NCBI GenBank assembly: GCA_014384375.1
Contig: JACNFY010000020.1
Location: 1 to 63,221 of the forward strand
DNA: 63,221 bases
Source of the DNA: Nanobdellati archaeon
GTDB taxonomy: Archaea; Nanobdellota; Nanobdellia; Woesearchaeales; GCA-2686295
Direction: 5' to 3'
The position numbers and the translations under genes are program-made. Every line of letters begins with the position of its first letter. Position 1 is the stretch's first letter. Under the pieces are notes generated by a model that saw nothing but the letters and a program-made list of their open reading frames with translations, was not told the DNA's origin and made no database searches. Shown here piece after piece: positions 54,090 to 62,772 of the stretch.

Positions 54090-55322
54090 TTATTTTAATG
54101 TCTTACTTGGAAATTCTGTTATAGGAACTTTTATTGGTTTGGTTTCAACTTCTTTGTTTTTGATTCTATAAACCATATCGTTGAGTATGTTTATGAATGT
54201 TATAAAGGCCTCATATGGAGTATCATAAGGATTAAAGTACTTGTGAACATCTCCATCATTGAACCACTTCGTACACATATAGTAGAAGTGATCAGATGTT
54301 GTTAGCTTTCTCCAATCTTCCAATAACGCAGGATCGTTTATCTCTTTGATTTTCTTTTCTAGTTTATAGAGTTCCTCTGCAGCAGAGACTTGTATCTTGT
54401 TGCCTAACCATGCGCTTAAATCTCTCTCTACATCAGCCCATGATACAAAGCTGTGCATATCTATCTCATCCTTTGATTCATGTTTGAGAAGTGCTGAAGG
54501 CGTGACAAACTCTATGCCATTACTAATAAGCTCGTCTGGGAACTTCTCTAAGAATTGGAATATTCCTGTATCTTCCCATTGGTGTTCTCCAAAGGTTTCA
54601 TAATCCATAAAGAGATTAACTATTTCTCCTGGGCTTTTATTAATCCAATGAACGAACTTTTCAACTGTTAAGGGGTGGTCCTTCCATGAACGCTGACTGA
54701 ACCTGAAAGCTATATCATCGCTTAACTTGTAGTTCTTCAGCAAGAGCTTTAGTTTCTTAGTTGTCTTAGCTTTGTAAACATAGTTTGGTGACTTCCAATC
54801 AAGTATGTGGTCTGCTCCTTCTGCCAGTATTCCTTTATAACCCATCCTCTCTACATAGTTCGCTAGTTCATTATTAAATATAAGCTCAGTATTCCTGAAT
54901 ATCTTGGGCTTCTGTCCAAATAATTTTTTTATCTTTTTTCTGTGCATTCTCACTTGTTCTTCAAACTCTTCTTTTGAATACAGGTAGGATAAAGAGTGGT
55001 AATAGGTCTCTGATAAGAACTCGACATTTCCTGTCTTTGCAAGTTCTTTGAATAACTCTAATACCTTAGGAGCGTATTTTTCGAACTGTTCAAGAACAAC
55101 TCCTGTAACGCTAAATGATACCTTGAACTTGTCCTTATACTTTTTTATTAGACTTAATAGCAACTTATTTGTTGGTATGTAGCATTTCTTTGCAACTTTC
55201 TCCATTACTTCCTTATTCTTCTTATCATCAAAATAGTTTGATTTATTACCAATATCAAATACCTTGTATTTCCCTAGTCTATAAGGTTGATGAACCTGGA
55301 AGTAAAGGCATACTTTCTTCAT
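54090..55322 (-). CDS. GH57-family alpha-glucan-active enzyme (alpha-amylase / glucanotransferase-like)
   Basis: YFQVHQPYRL, FMDYETFGEHQW and TSDHFYYMC regions. ATG at 55322 forms an ATGA overlap with the upstream gene's stop. Confidence 0.85.
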   Translation of the reverse strand: MKKVCLYFQVHQPYRLGKYKVFDIGNKSNYFDDKKNKEVMEKVAKKCYIPTNKLLLSLIKKYKDKFKVSFSVTGVVLEQFEKYAPKVLELFKELAKTGNVEFLSETYYHSLSYLYSKEEFEEQVRMHRKKIKKLFGQKPKIFRNTELIFNNELANYVERMGYKGILAEGADHILDWKSPNYVYKAKTTKKLKLLLKNYKLSDDIAFRFSQRSWKDHPLTVEKFVHWINKSPGEIVNLFMDYETFGEHQWEDTGIFQFLEKFPDELISNGIEFVTPSALLKHESKDEIDMHSFVSWADVERDLSAWLGNKIQVSAAEELYKLEKKIKEINDPALLEDWRKLTTSDHFYYMCTKWFNDGDVHKYFNPYDTPYEAFITFINILNDMVYRIKNKEVETKPIKVPITEFPSKTLK

Positions 55323-56533
55323 CTTTTTACCTCTTCGTATACTCTTAAGCATTTTTCTGCTGGGATATCCCAGTTGAATTTCTTAACTTCTAATAACCCA
55401 TGATGTTTCAACTCATTATTTAGAACTTTGTAGTGAATCAATGCTAGAATTTTGCTCGCTATATCCTCAGTATCCCAAAAGTCCACTTTTAGGACATGAT
55501 TTATCACTTCGCTAACACCTGACTGCCTTGAGATTATAACTGGTGTTCCTGATTTCATAGCTTCAAGAGGTGTTATGCCGAATGGCTCGCTAACAGAGGG
55601 CATTACATATACATCTGCCATGTGGTATGCTCTGTTAACATCATCTCCTGCTAGGAAGCCTGCAAACAACACATTTTTGGATATTCCTAGTTCTGCTGCT
55701 CTTTCAATCATCCTTGGCTCCATGTCTCCGCTACCTACAAACATAAATTTTATGGTTGGGTCCCTGTCAAGCACCCTTTTTGCAGCTTCTAAAAAGTAGT
55801 CTGGTCCTTTCTGAAGGGTTATTCTTCCAAGGAATAGAACAAGCTTGTCTGTTTTCTTAATCTTATAATCTGGTCCCTCTTTGAATTCAACAGCGTTATG
55901 CACAACAGTTACTTTCTCAGGCGAAACACTATAATGCCTTACTACCATGCTCTTTGTGTAGTTGCTAACTGCAATAATCCTATCTGCCTCGTGAAAACCC
56001 ATTCTTTCAATGTCATATACGTACTGGTTCAAGTTGTGACCTCCTGTTCTGTCAAACTCTGTTGCGTGTATATGAAGTATAAGTGGTTTTCCAGACGCTT
56101 TCTTCGCTTTTATCCCTGCCTGGTATGTCATCCAGTCATGGGCATGTACTACATCGAAATCTTCAAGCATAGCTATCATTTTGACCCTTTCGCTGTACCT
56201 ATAGACTTCATCAAAAAGATTTCTACCATATAAAATCCCTGAGACTCCATTTTTCTTCATTGACAATGCATACTCATGATCATATGCTCTTGATGTCAAG
56301 TATGGCACAAGCAAGGTTTCTATTTGCTTTATCTTTATCCTTTTGTCCTTGTATATCTTGTCTGCTACTAGTAAATTGACGTATTCACCTTTTACATTCG
56401 CAGGTCCTGTGGGCATGACAAAAGTGACACTGACATTATGATGGCTCAATCCTTTTGTGAGTCCATAGCAGGCAGTTCCTAACCCTCCTGAGTAGATTGG
56501 TGGAAACTCCCATCCAAGCATAAGCACCCTCAT
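55319..56533 (-). CDS. GT-B glycosyltransferase, glycogen/starch-synthase-like (GT5/GT4)
   Basis: MRVLMLGWEFPPIYSGGLGTACYGL N-terminus, HAHDWM, and the C-terminal E-x7-E region (PSVSEPFGITPLEAM). Confidence 0.75.
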   Translation of the reverse strand: MRVLMLGWEFPPIYSGGLGTACYGLTKGLSHHNVSVTFVMPTGPANVKGEYVNLLVADKIYKDKRIKIKQIETLLVPYLTSRAYDHEYALSMKKNGVSGILYGRNLFDEVYRYSERVKMIAMLEDFDVVHAHDWMTYQAGIKAKKASGKPLILHIHATEFDRTGGHNLNQYVYDIERMGFHEADRIIAVSNYTKSMVVRHYSVSPEKVTVVHNAVEFKEGPDYKIKKTDKLVLFLGRITLQKGPDYFLEAAKRVLDRDPTIKFMFVGSGDMEPRMIERAAELGISKNVLFAGFLAGDDVNRAYHMADVYVMPSVSEPFGITPLEAMKSGTPVIISRQSGVSEVINHVLKVDFWDTEDIASKILALIHYKVLNNELKHHGLLEVKKFNWDIPAEKCLRVYEEVKR

Positions 56534-56679
56534 TCTCGCCTCTTTTTTTAGATTTTTAACTAGTTTAAGTGTTTACTCATACTTTCTTTATATAATTTGT
56601 CATATATACAACTTTAATTAATTAAGTTATTAAGTTAATTATTAAAGTCTTTAATTTAGTAAATTACAAAATAGAAAAG

Positions 56680-56687
56680 TTTATATA
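56680..56687 (+). promoter_or_regulatory. TATA box (TTTATATA), leaderless geometry
   Basis: Centre is 27 nt upstream of the ATG at 56711. Confidence 0.45.
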
Positions 56688-56710
56688 GTCGAAACATCCT
56701 CAAAAGACTA

Positions 56711-57385
56711 ATGGAATACGGCACCTTACTAACAGATTCTAAGTGGAACATAATAAAAGAACTATCCAAAAAAGAACAAACACCAACAGACCTTGCAGAG
56801 AAAACAAATACAAGCTTAGCCAATATAAGCCAACAGTTAAGGCTGTTGGAAGCCTATGGATTAGTGAAAAAAGAAAGAAAGATTAACACAAAAGAACCTG
56901 GAAAGCCAAGAACAGTTTTCTCACTTGGAAAAGAGGTAATGCACACAATCATTGTATCAAAATATTTTGCTGAGAAAAAGGATTTAGAGCTTGATTATCT
57001 CCAAAAAGCGATATTCACCCTTTGGATGATGGAAAGGAAAGAGGACATCTACTATCTGGAGAAATTCCTAATAACGAACGAGGAAGTGATAAAGAAATGC
57101 GATGCCATAGGCTTAGTAAAGTCAGACAACGAGAAAATAGAACTTCTGCTAGTAACAGAACACATACAAGACATAAGAGACAAGTACAGCAACCAAACAG
57201 TACAGAACCTTGAAGATAAGAAAAAAACAATCGTTTGCTGGACCCACAACATAAAAGAGATAGAAGAGGGTATAAAAGGTAATAATGATCACTTCATTCA
57301 TTTAGTGAAAAATCTTAAGTCTGTTTTGGAGAAAGACAATTTGATAAAAAAAATATTAGATATGAAGAATGAAAAGAATACATAA
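56711..57385 (+). CDS. Winged-helix (ArsR-like) transcriptional regulator with an uncharacterised C-terminal domain
   Basis: WNIIKELSKKEQTPTDLAEKTNTSLANISQQLRLLEAYGLVKKE. Confidence 0.5.
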   Translation: MEYGTLLTDSKWNIIKELSKKEQTPTDLAEKTNTSLANISQQLRLLEAYGLVKKERKINTKEPGKPRTVFSLGKEVMHTIIVSKYFAEKKDLELDYLQKAIFTLWMMERKEDIYYLEKFLITNEEVIKKCDAIGLVKSDNEKIELLLVTEHIQDIRDKYSNQTVQNLEDKKKTIVCWTHNIKEIEEGIKGNNDHFIHLVKNLKSVLEKDNLIKKILDMKNEKNT

Positions 57386-57635
57386 ACTGATAGAATCACT
57401 CAACTATGAGGAGCTAGTAGAACTAAAAAATAAACTGGAAGAAGGAACACTAAGCTCCGCTATCAAGAAGAAATTAGAAAGATTTAAAAATCTGAATAAA
57501 ATCTGTCCTGTATGTAATACACCTGTGGGTGATGAGGGATTAACGCTTATATTCGGGCCATCAAATTTCAAAAAGAAAGCCACTTTTGATGGCACTGATT
57601 GTCTGGAATACTTCCTATATAAAATAAGAAAATGA
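57369..57635 (+). CDS. Hypothetical 88-aa protein
   Basis: ORF overlapping both neighbours. Single CPVC motif. No family recognised. Confidence 0.4.
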   Translation: MKRIHKLIESLNYEELVELKNKLEEGTLSSAIKKKLERFKNLNKICPVCNTPVGDEGLTLIFGPSNFKKKATFDGTDCLEYFLYKIRK

Positions 57636-57925
57636 CTTTCGTAGAAATAAAGAGAATATTCGAAAAGAGAAAATACAACCTTATAAGAACTCTGGAAAGC
57701 GGAAGAGAGGAGATAGATCTATCAAAACAACACCAGATATACGGAGCAATAAAAGAGCTCGAAAATATTATGAAAACATTGGATTATTACCAGGAAATGG
57801 AAGTTAAGAACCAATTCGACTTCAGGCTTAGCAACGAGCCAAACAAAACACTCTTACAAAAAATAACATTAAAGTTGAAAAACAAAAAGCCAGAAGCAGA
57901 AACAACACTAACAGTTAATGAATAA
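57632..57925 (+). CDS. Hypothetical 97-aa protein
   Basis: ORF with a 4-nt overlap to the previous gene. No family recognised. Confidence 0.4.
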   Translation: MTFVEIKRIFEKRKYNLIRTLESGREEIDLSKQHQIYGAIKELENIMKTLDYYQEMEVKNQFDFRLSNEPNKTLLQKITLKLKNKKPEAETTLTVNE

Positions 57926-58098
57926 GCCTTCTCTTCTTCATCCTCATAAACACACAACCATCCCTATATTCAATCTGCTTGTGAATCATAACACCTTTGT
58001 TAAAACTAACAAAGTTACCAAACTCAGCCTTATCAACAGTTTTCTGAAATAAGATAGTTCTCAAAACAATCCCCCGAAATCAAAAAATAACTATGTAT

Positions 58099-59547
58099 TT
58101 AAAAAGCTTTTTCTAAAGTCCTCTCATACAACAAGACTATCAAGAAGTACAATGGAGTAGCCACGAAAACCAACAAGAAGATAAGCATCTTGAACAAAAA
58201 GACCAGACCATATACTTGGCCAAGGTAAGCTCCTATCGGCGAGAGAATTAACAATGGAAGTGAAACAGCTACACCAACAAATGAGAAGTATATCTGCCGC
58301 TCTGCCTCTGATAACAGTTTTCTAGTAAAAAAACCCTGAGCCATACCAAGTATAGAGGAACCAACAATAGATAGAGCGGTGGCAACACTTACAACAATCA
58401 AGTGGGGGTTATAAGCCAATGATAGCGGAAGCATTGCTGTAAGCAAAGTTCCAAACACAAGCATAGGTGAGATGCCTATGTGATGCCTTAAACGCCTTGT
58501 AAACCAAGGGCCTATGAAAGAAAACACAACAGCAATAGAGAAAACAACAGCTACATTTAGGAATCCACCAATGAACTGATTTTTAAACTCGTTGTAAATA
58601 CGAATACCATAAAAAGAATTTCCCAAAACTTGTACAAGGCCAGTAATTATGGAAGTCAATGTTAAGAACACAACAATCTTGTTACTGACAAAGAAGCCAG
58701 AGTGAACCTTTATCCTTGTAACAAACTCCTTAACAAAAGAAGACATCTTTGCCTGTGAAGAAGTCATTTCCTGCTTGATACGAGAAAGCACATAACCAGA
58801 AAGGATGAAAGCAAAAGCAGTTATTTCAAAAGAGATAAGATAACCATACACATTGACACTGAAAGTTCTTCCGAATAAACTCAAAGATACAAGTTTACCG
58901 GCAAGAGGGAATAAGTCCATCACATATCCAGAAATCAACAAGGAAACAACAGTTATCAATATGCCATAGCTCGATATTCTGGAAAGAAAAGCACCCATTC
59001 TTTCCTTCTTAAGATTATCTCTCAAGAACTTCGTGTAGATTTCACCATGAGCCACAACACCTAAACTTCCAGCTAGGAAAGCAAGAGAGTAGAGTAAAGG
59101 AGAGCGTACAACCACTGCAAATGACAGTATTAGGAAAGAAAAACCATAAAGTATTCCTGAACGACTAATAAAAGCCTTGCTAATTTCATGCACCCTTGAA
59201 AACTCTTTGAGAAAAGAAGAGTAAAGCAAGGAAAGAACTGTTCGCAAGCCATTGATAAACCCTATAAGGAAATAAGATGCACCTGAAAAAGAGAATAAAA
59301 TGTTCAAGAATGGATGTGAAACAAAACCATAACCAATCCTATCAAGCACCTCTTTCCAGGCAAAATCACCTATCATCTTCTTAGTAGAATCAATCTTTTT
59401 CAATCTTAACTGCAAAGCTGCACGCTCAATAGCATCATCAACATCTGCCTCAAGAAAACCCTGCTTGACCAAACGATTCTTAATCTGATCAATAGATATA
59501 TTCTGAGACAATAAATCTCTAACAACAACAAAAATATCCTCACCCAT
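58099..59547 (-). CDS. Multi-pass membrane transporter-like protein (MFS-like) with a ~60-aa soluble N-terminal domain
   Basis: About 12 hydrophobic helices. Leaderless geometry relative to an ATTTAAAT box at about 59572-59580. Confidence 0.45.
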   Translation of the reverse strand: MGEDIFVVVRDLLSQNISIDQIKNRLVKQGFLEADVDDAIERAALQLRLKKIDSTKKMIGDFAWKEVLDRIGYGFVSHPFLNILFSFSGASYFLIGFINGLRTVLSLLYSSFLKEFSRVHEISKAFISRSGILYGFSFLILSFAVVVRSPLLYSLAFLAGSLGVVAHGEIYTKFLRDNLKKERMGAFLSRISSYGILITVVSLLISGYVMDLFPLAGKLVSLSLFGRTFSVNVYGYLISFEITAFAFILSGYVLSRIKQEMTSSQAKMSSFVKEFVTRIKVHSGFFVSNKIVVFLTLTSIITGLVQVLGNSFYGIRIYNEFKNQFIGGFLNVAVVFSIAVVFSFIGPWFTRRLRHHIGISPMLVFGTLLTAMLPLSLAYNPHLIVVSVATALSIVGSSILGMAQGFFTRKLLSEAERQIYFSFVGVAVSLPLLILSPIGAYLGQVYGLVFLFKMLIFLLVFVATPLYFLIVLLYERTLEKAF

Positions 59548-59686
59548 AGAACAACACTAAAAGAGAAGCGATATTTAAATTTATTGAAAAACAACAAAAA
59601 CCTTTTTAGGTTTTTGAGTTGCAAAAAGAAAAACTTTTTGCAAAACCACAACTTTTTTAAAATCCAAATCTATAAGTTCTAATACT

Positions 59687-60937
59687 GTGAAGATAACCTT
59701 TGGATTAAAAAGGCTTCTTGGAAAGGGAAAAAGAGGTCAGATAAAGGAGAAATGGAAATTTGATTCAAAGACATCTCTATTAGCACCTCCAATTATATGT
59801 GACCTTGCCAACACAGGACAGAAAAATATTGTTTTCGGAACAAATAATGGAAAGATATACTCACTTGACAAGGATGGAGCTGTTAAATGGGTGTTTGATG
59901 CTAAGGAACAAGTTGACCAGGTTGAATTGATGTTTTTCGATGTAGAGACAGCTAACAGCATACAATCATCACCTAACACCTATGACCTTAATGGAGACGG
60001 AAAAAAAGAAGTTGTATTCGGCTCAGAAATGGGTGTTGTCTACGCGCTTAACCATCAAGGAAAATCCTTGTGGAAGTTCAAGGCAGATGGTTCTGTAAGA
60101 GGAAGAGTAGTGATAAAAGACATTAACAATGATGGAAAAGCTGAAGTCATATTCGGCTCAGGAGATACGCACCTTTATATCCTTAGTGCCCGTGGAGAAT
60201 TATTGCAAAAACACGAGATAGGTGCTCAAATCGAATCAACACCTGAAACAATAAATGAGAAAATAATATTCGGTTGTAATGATGGAACAATACATTGCAT
60301 AACTCAAGCAGGCCATGAAATTTGGACTTTCAAAACAGAAGGAAAAGTGGTTGCCCAACCAGCAATCGGAAAGATATTTGGAGATGAAAAAAATTATATA
60401 GTTATAGGCTCATTAGACCATTACTTATACGCATTGAACTTAGAAGGAGAGCTTGTCTGGAAATTTAAAACTGATGGAGCAATCTATTCAAGAGCAACGC
60501 TTGCAGATATAAATAGAGACAAAAAACTTGAAATAATCTTTGGCTCATGTGATAATAATGTCTATGCCTTACAATGCACAGGAGAGAAAATTTGGTCCTA
60601 CGAGACAGACTTCTGGATCGTAGCGCCAGTAATCGTGGATGATATTGACAAGGATGGAAACTTGGAGATAATAGCTGGCTCATATGATCATAACATATAC
60701 ATACTTGATGCAAAAGGTAATTATATGCTTGATTATGTTCCTGGATTGTCAGGAGTCATGCAACAGACAGGCTCCTATACTGATGTAATGACATCAGAAC
60801 CAGGAAAAGTTACAGGAAAAAAGATTTGGCAATACCAAGCAGACGGAGTGGTCGTTGGTTGCGCTTTTATCAATGAAACAAAGAACATAGTCGTTAACAC
60901 AAGGCCAGGAAAAGTTAATAATCTTGAACATGAATAA
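59687..60937 (+). CDS. Beta-propeller protein with FG-GAP/PQQ-like repeats
   Basis: Repeated DLNGDGKKEVVFGS / DINNDGKAEVIFGS / DINRDKKLEIIFGS / DIDKDGNLEIIAGS, interleaved with G.(I/V)Y(A/S)L..(D/E)G...W.F blades. GTG start lies 28 nt after a TTTTAAAA box. Confidence 0.6.
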   Translation: MKITFGLKRLLGKGKRGQIKEKWKFDSKTSLLAPPIICDLANTGQKNIVFGTNNGKIYSLDKDGAVKWVFDAKEQVDQVELMFFDVETANSIQSSPNTYDLNGDGKKEVVFGSEMGVVYALNHQGKSLWKFKADGSVRGRVVIKDINNDGKAEVIFGSGDTHLYILSARGELLQKHEIGAQIESTPETINEKIIFGCNDGTIHCITQAGHEIWTFKTEGKVVAQPAIGKIFGDEKNYIVIGSLDHYLYALNLEGELVWKFKTDGAIYSRATLADINRDKKLEIIFGSCDNNVYALQCTGEKIWSYETDFWIVAPVIVDDIDKDGNLEIIAGSYDHNIYILDAKGNYMLDYVPGLSGVMQQTGSYTDVMTSEPGKVTGKKIWQYQADGVVVGCAFINETKNIVVNTRPGKVNNLEHE

Positions 60938-60950
60938 GAGGTGAAATATA

Positions 60951-61745
60951 ATGGCAGAACAAACAGAGAGAGTAAAAACATACATTCAAGGATTCGACGA
61001 AGCGATGCAAGGAGGCATCCCAAAAGGTCATTTAGTACTTGTAAGCGGAACCGCTGGATCAATGAAATCATCAATGTGCTTCAATATCCTCTATAACGAA
61101 GCATTGAACGGACAAACAGGGCTTTACGTCTCATTAGAGCAATCTTATGAATCATTGTACAAACACTTCATAAACATGGGTCTAAAGCTTGACAACATAA
61201 ATGTTCAATCAATAAAAGACCTTTCAAAGATTGATGAAGTTGTCAATTCTGCAAAGACCGTTGATAAGGGATCAATAATCATAGCTGATATGGGTTGCAT
61301 AAGAAAAGAAATAAAAGATATCAGGGTCGGAGACAACAAGAGCTGGTTAAACGTTATAAAGAACATTGCTAAGAAAATAAAGATGGAAACAAATTGCTCG
61401 TTGTTTGTGTTAGACTCGTTATCAGCTCTTTATACACTCTCAAGATTTGAAAACCCGCGAGTCGAGCTGTTTTACATCTTCGAATTTCTGAGAGACATGA
61501 GCCTGACAACCTACTTGATATCAGAGATGCCTCTTGACGGCAGAAAATACTCTGACTACGGGATAGAAGACTACTTAGCAGATGGAATCATACACTTAAG
61601 ACTAACCCCTTTCAGGAGGAACGTTGTAAGAGAGATATCGGTTGTCAAAATGAGAGCAACTGATTGTAACAACGACGTGTTCAGCCTAGAATTCAAGAGT
61701 GGACAATTCCAAGCATTGTATGGAGGACAGAACCCATTGTTGTAA
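60951..61745 (+). CDS. KaiC/RecA-superfamily ATPase-like protein with a degenerate P-loop
   Basis: IQGFDEAMQGGIPKGHLVLVSGTAGSMKSS. The Walker A reads G-T-A-G-S-M-K-S. Confidence 0.6.
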   Translation: MAEQTERVKTYIQGFDEAMQGGIPKGHLVLVSGTAGSMKSSMCFNILYNEALNGQTGLYVSLEQSYESLYKHFINMGLKLDNINVQSIKDLSKIDEVVNSAKTVDKGSIIIADMGCIRKEIKDIRVGDNKSWLNVIKNIAKKIKMETNCSLFVLDSLSALYTLSRFENPRVELFYIFEFLRDMSLTTYLISEMPLDGRKYSDYGIEDYLADGIIHLRLTPFRRNVVREISVVKMRATDCNNDVFSLEFKSGQFQALYGGQNPLL

Positions 61746-61814
61746 ATTTTTTTATTTTTCTCTTCAAACAAAAACCTTTTTAATATTCTAGCCTTTCTTC
61801 TATAAAGGGATAAA

Positions 61815-62192
61815 ATGAAAGAAATGTTCGAAGAGCTATACAAAGCAGTAAAAAAGGACAGAAACAACTCAGAATTCTCAAGAAAGCATACTATGAAGGC
61901 CAGGTTAGAGGAATTTCAGAGCGAAGTAAACGAGATAAAGAAAGCTTTGGAGAACAATGACTTTGAAAATCTCAAAGAAGAACTCGGAGACGCTCTCTGG
62001 GACTTGATATTTATGATAGCCATAGCAGAAGAACAAAAAATATTCACAGGAAAAGAAGTTATAAATAATGTAATAGAAAAATTCAAACGCAGAAAGCCAT
62101 GGATTTTCAACGGAGAAAAACTAGATGTTGAAGAAGAAGTCAGAAGATGGGATAAAACCAAAGAGATTGAGAAGGAGAACAAGGTAATCTAA
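61815..62192 (+). CDS. MazG-family nucleotide pyrophosphohydrolase
   Basis: EE..E...A ... EELGDALWDLIFMIAIAE motif. Size is typical of the family. Confidence 0.7.
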   Translation: MKEMFEELYKAVKKDRNNSEFSRKHTMKARLEEFQSEVNEIKKALENNDFENLKEELGDALWDLIFMIAIAEEQKIFTGKEVINNVIEKFKRRKPWIFNGEKLDVEEEVRRWDKTKEIEKENKVI

Positions 62193-62193
62193 T

Positions 62194-62772
62194 ATGGATA
62201 AGCACAAACAATTACTGAACTTTTTTTTCGAAGTTGGACAATTGAAGAGGATACCTAGGAGTGGATGGGTAGCTTTAGGGGTTAAAAATCCGGAGTCAGT
62301 AGCTGACCACACTGCTAGGTCAGTCTTCATATCATTTGTTATTGCAAAGCTTGAAGGAGCAGATCCTTACAAAGCATCTCTTATAAACGCTTTCCATGAG
62401 CTCCCTGAAACAAGAGTTGGTGATATCAACAGAGTTGGCAGCAGATACCTAAACAAAGATGAAGCAGAGGAAAAAGCTTTGAAAGACCAGCTAAACTATA
62501 TCCCTGAAGACATAGGAGCAGAATTCAAAAAACTGATTTCAGATTTCGGTAAAGATACATCAAAAGAGCAGATAATAGCAAGAGACGCTGACTATTTAGA
62601 ATGTGCAATACAAGGAAAGGAATACATAGACCAAGGCTTTAGTTATGCTCAGAATTGGATAGACAACTCCAGGAAATGTGTGAAAACAAAGACATCAAAG
62701 AAATTCTTTGACTTATTAAATAAATCAAACAGCCAGGATTGGTTCAACACATTGAAGAAGATAAAAAGATGA
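62194..62772 (+). CDS. HD-domain phosphohydrolase (YfbR-like 5'-deoxynucleotidase family)
   Basis: LKRIPRSGW ... ESVADHTARSV ... HELPETRVGD pattern. Confidence 0.75.
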   Translation: MDKHKQLLNFFFEVGQLKRIPRSGWVALGVKNPESVADHTARSVFISFVIAKLEGADPYKASLINAFHELPETRVGDINRVGSRYLNKDEAEEKALKDQLNYIPEDIGAEFKKLISDFGKDTSKEQIIARDADYLECAIQGKEYIDQGFSYAQNWIDNSRKCVKTKTSKKFFDLLNKSNSQDWFNTLKKIKR

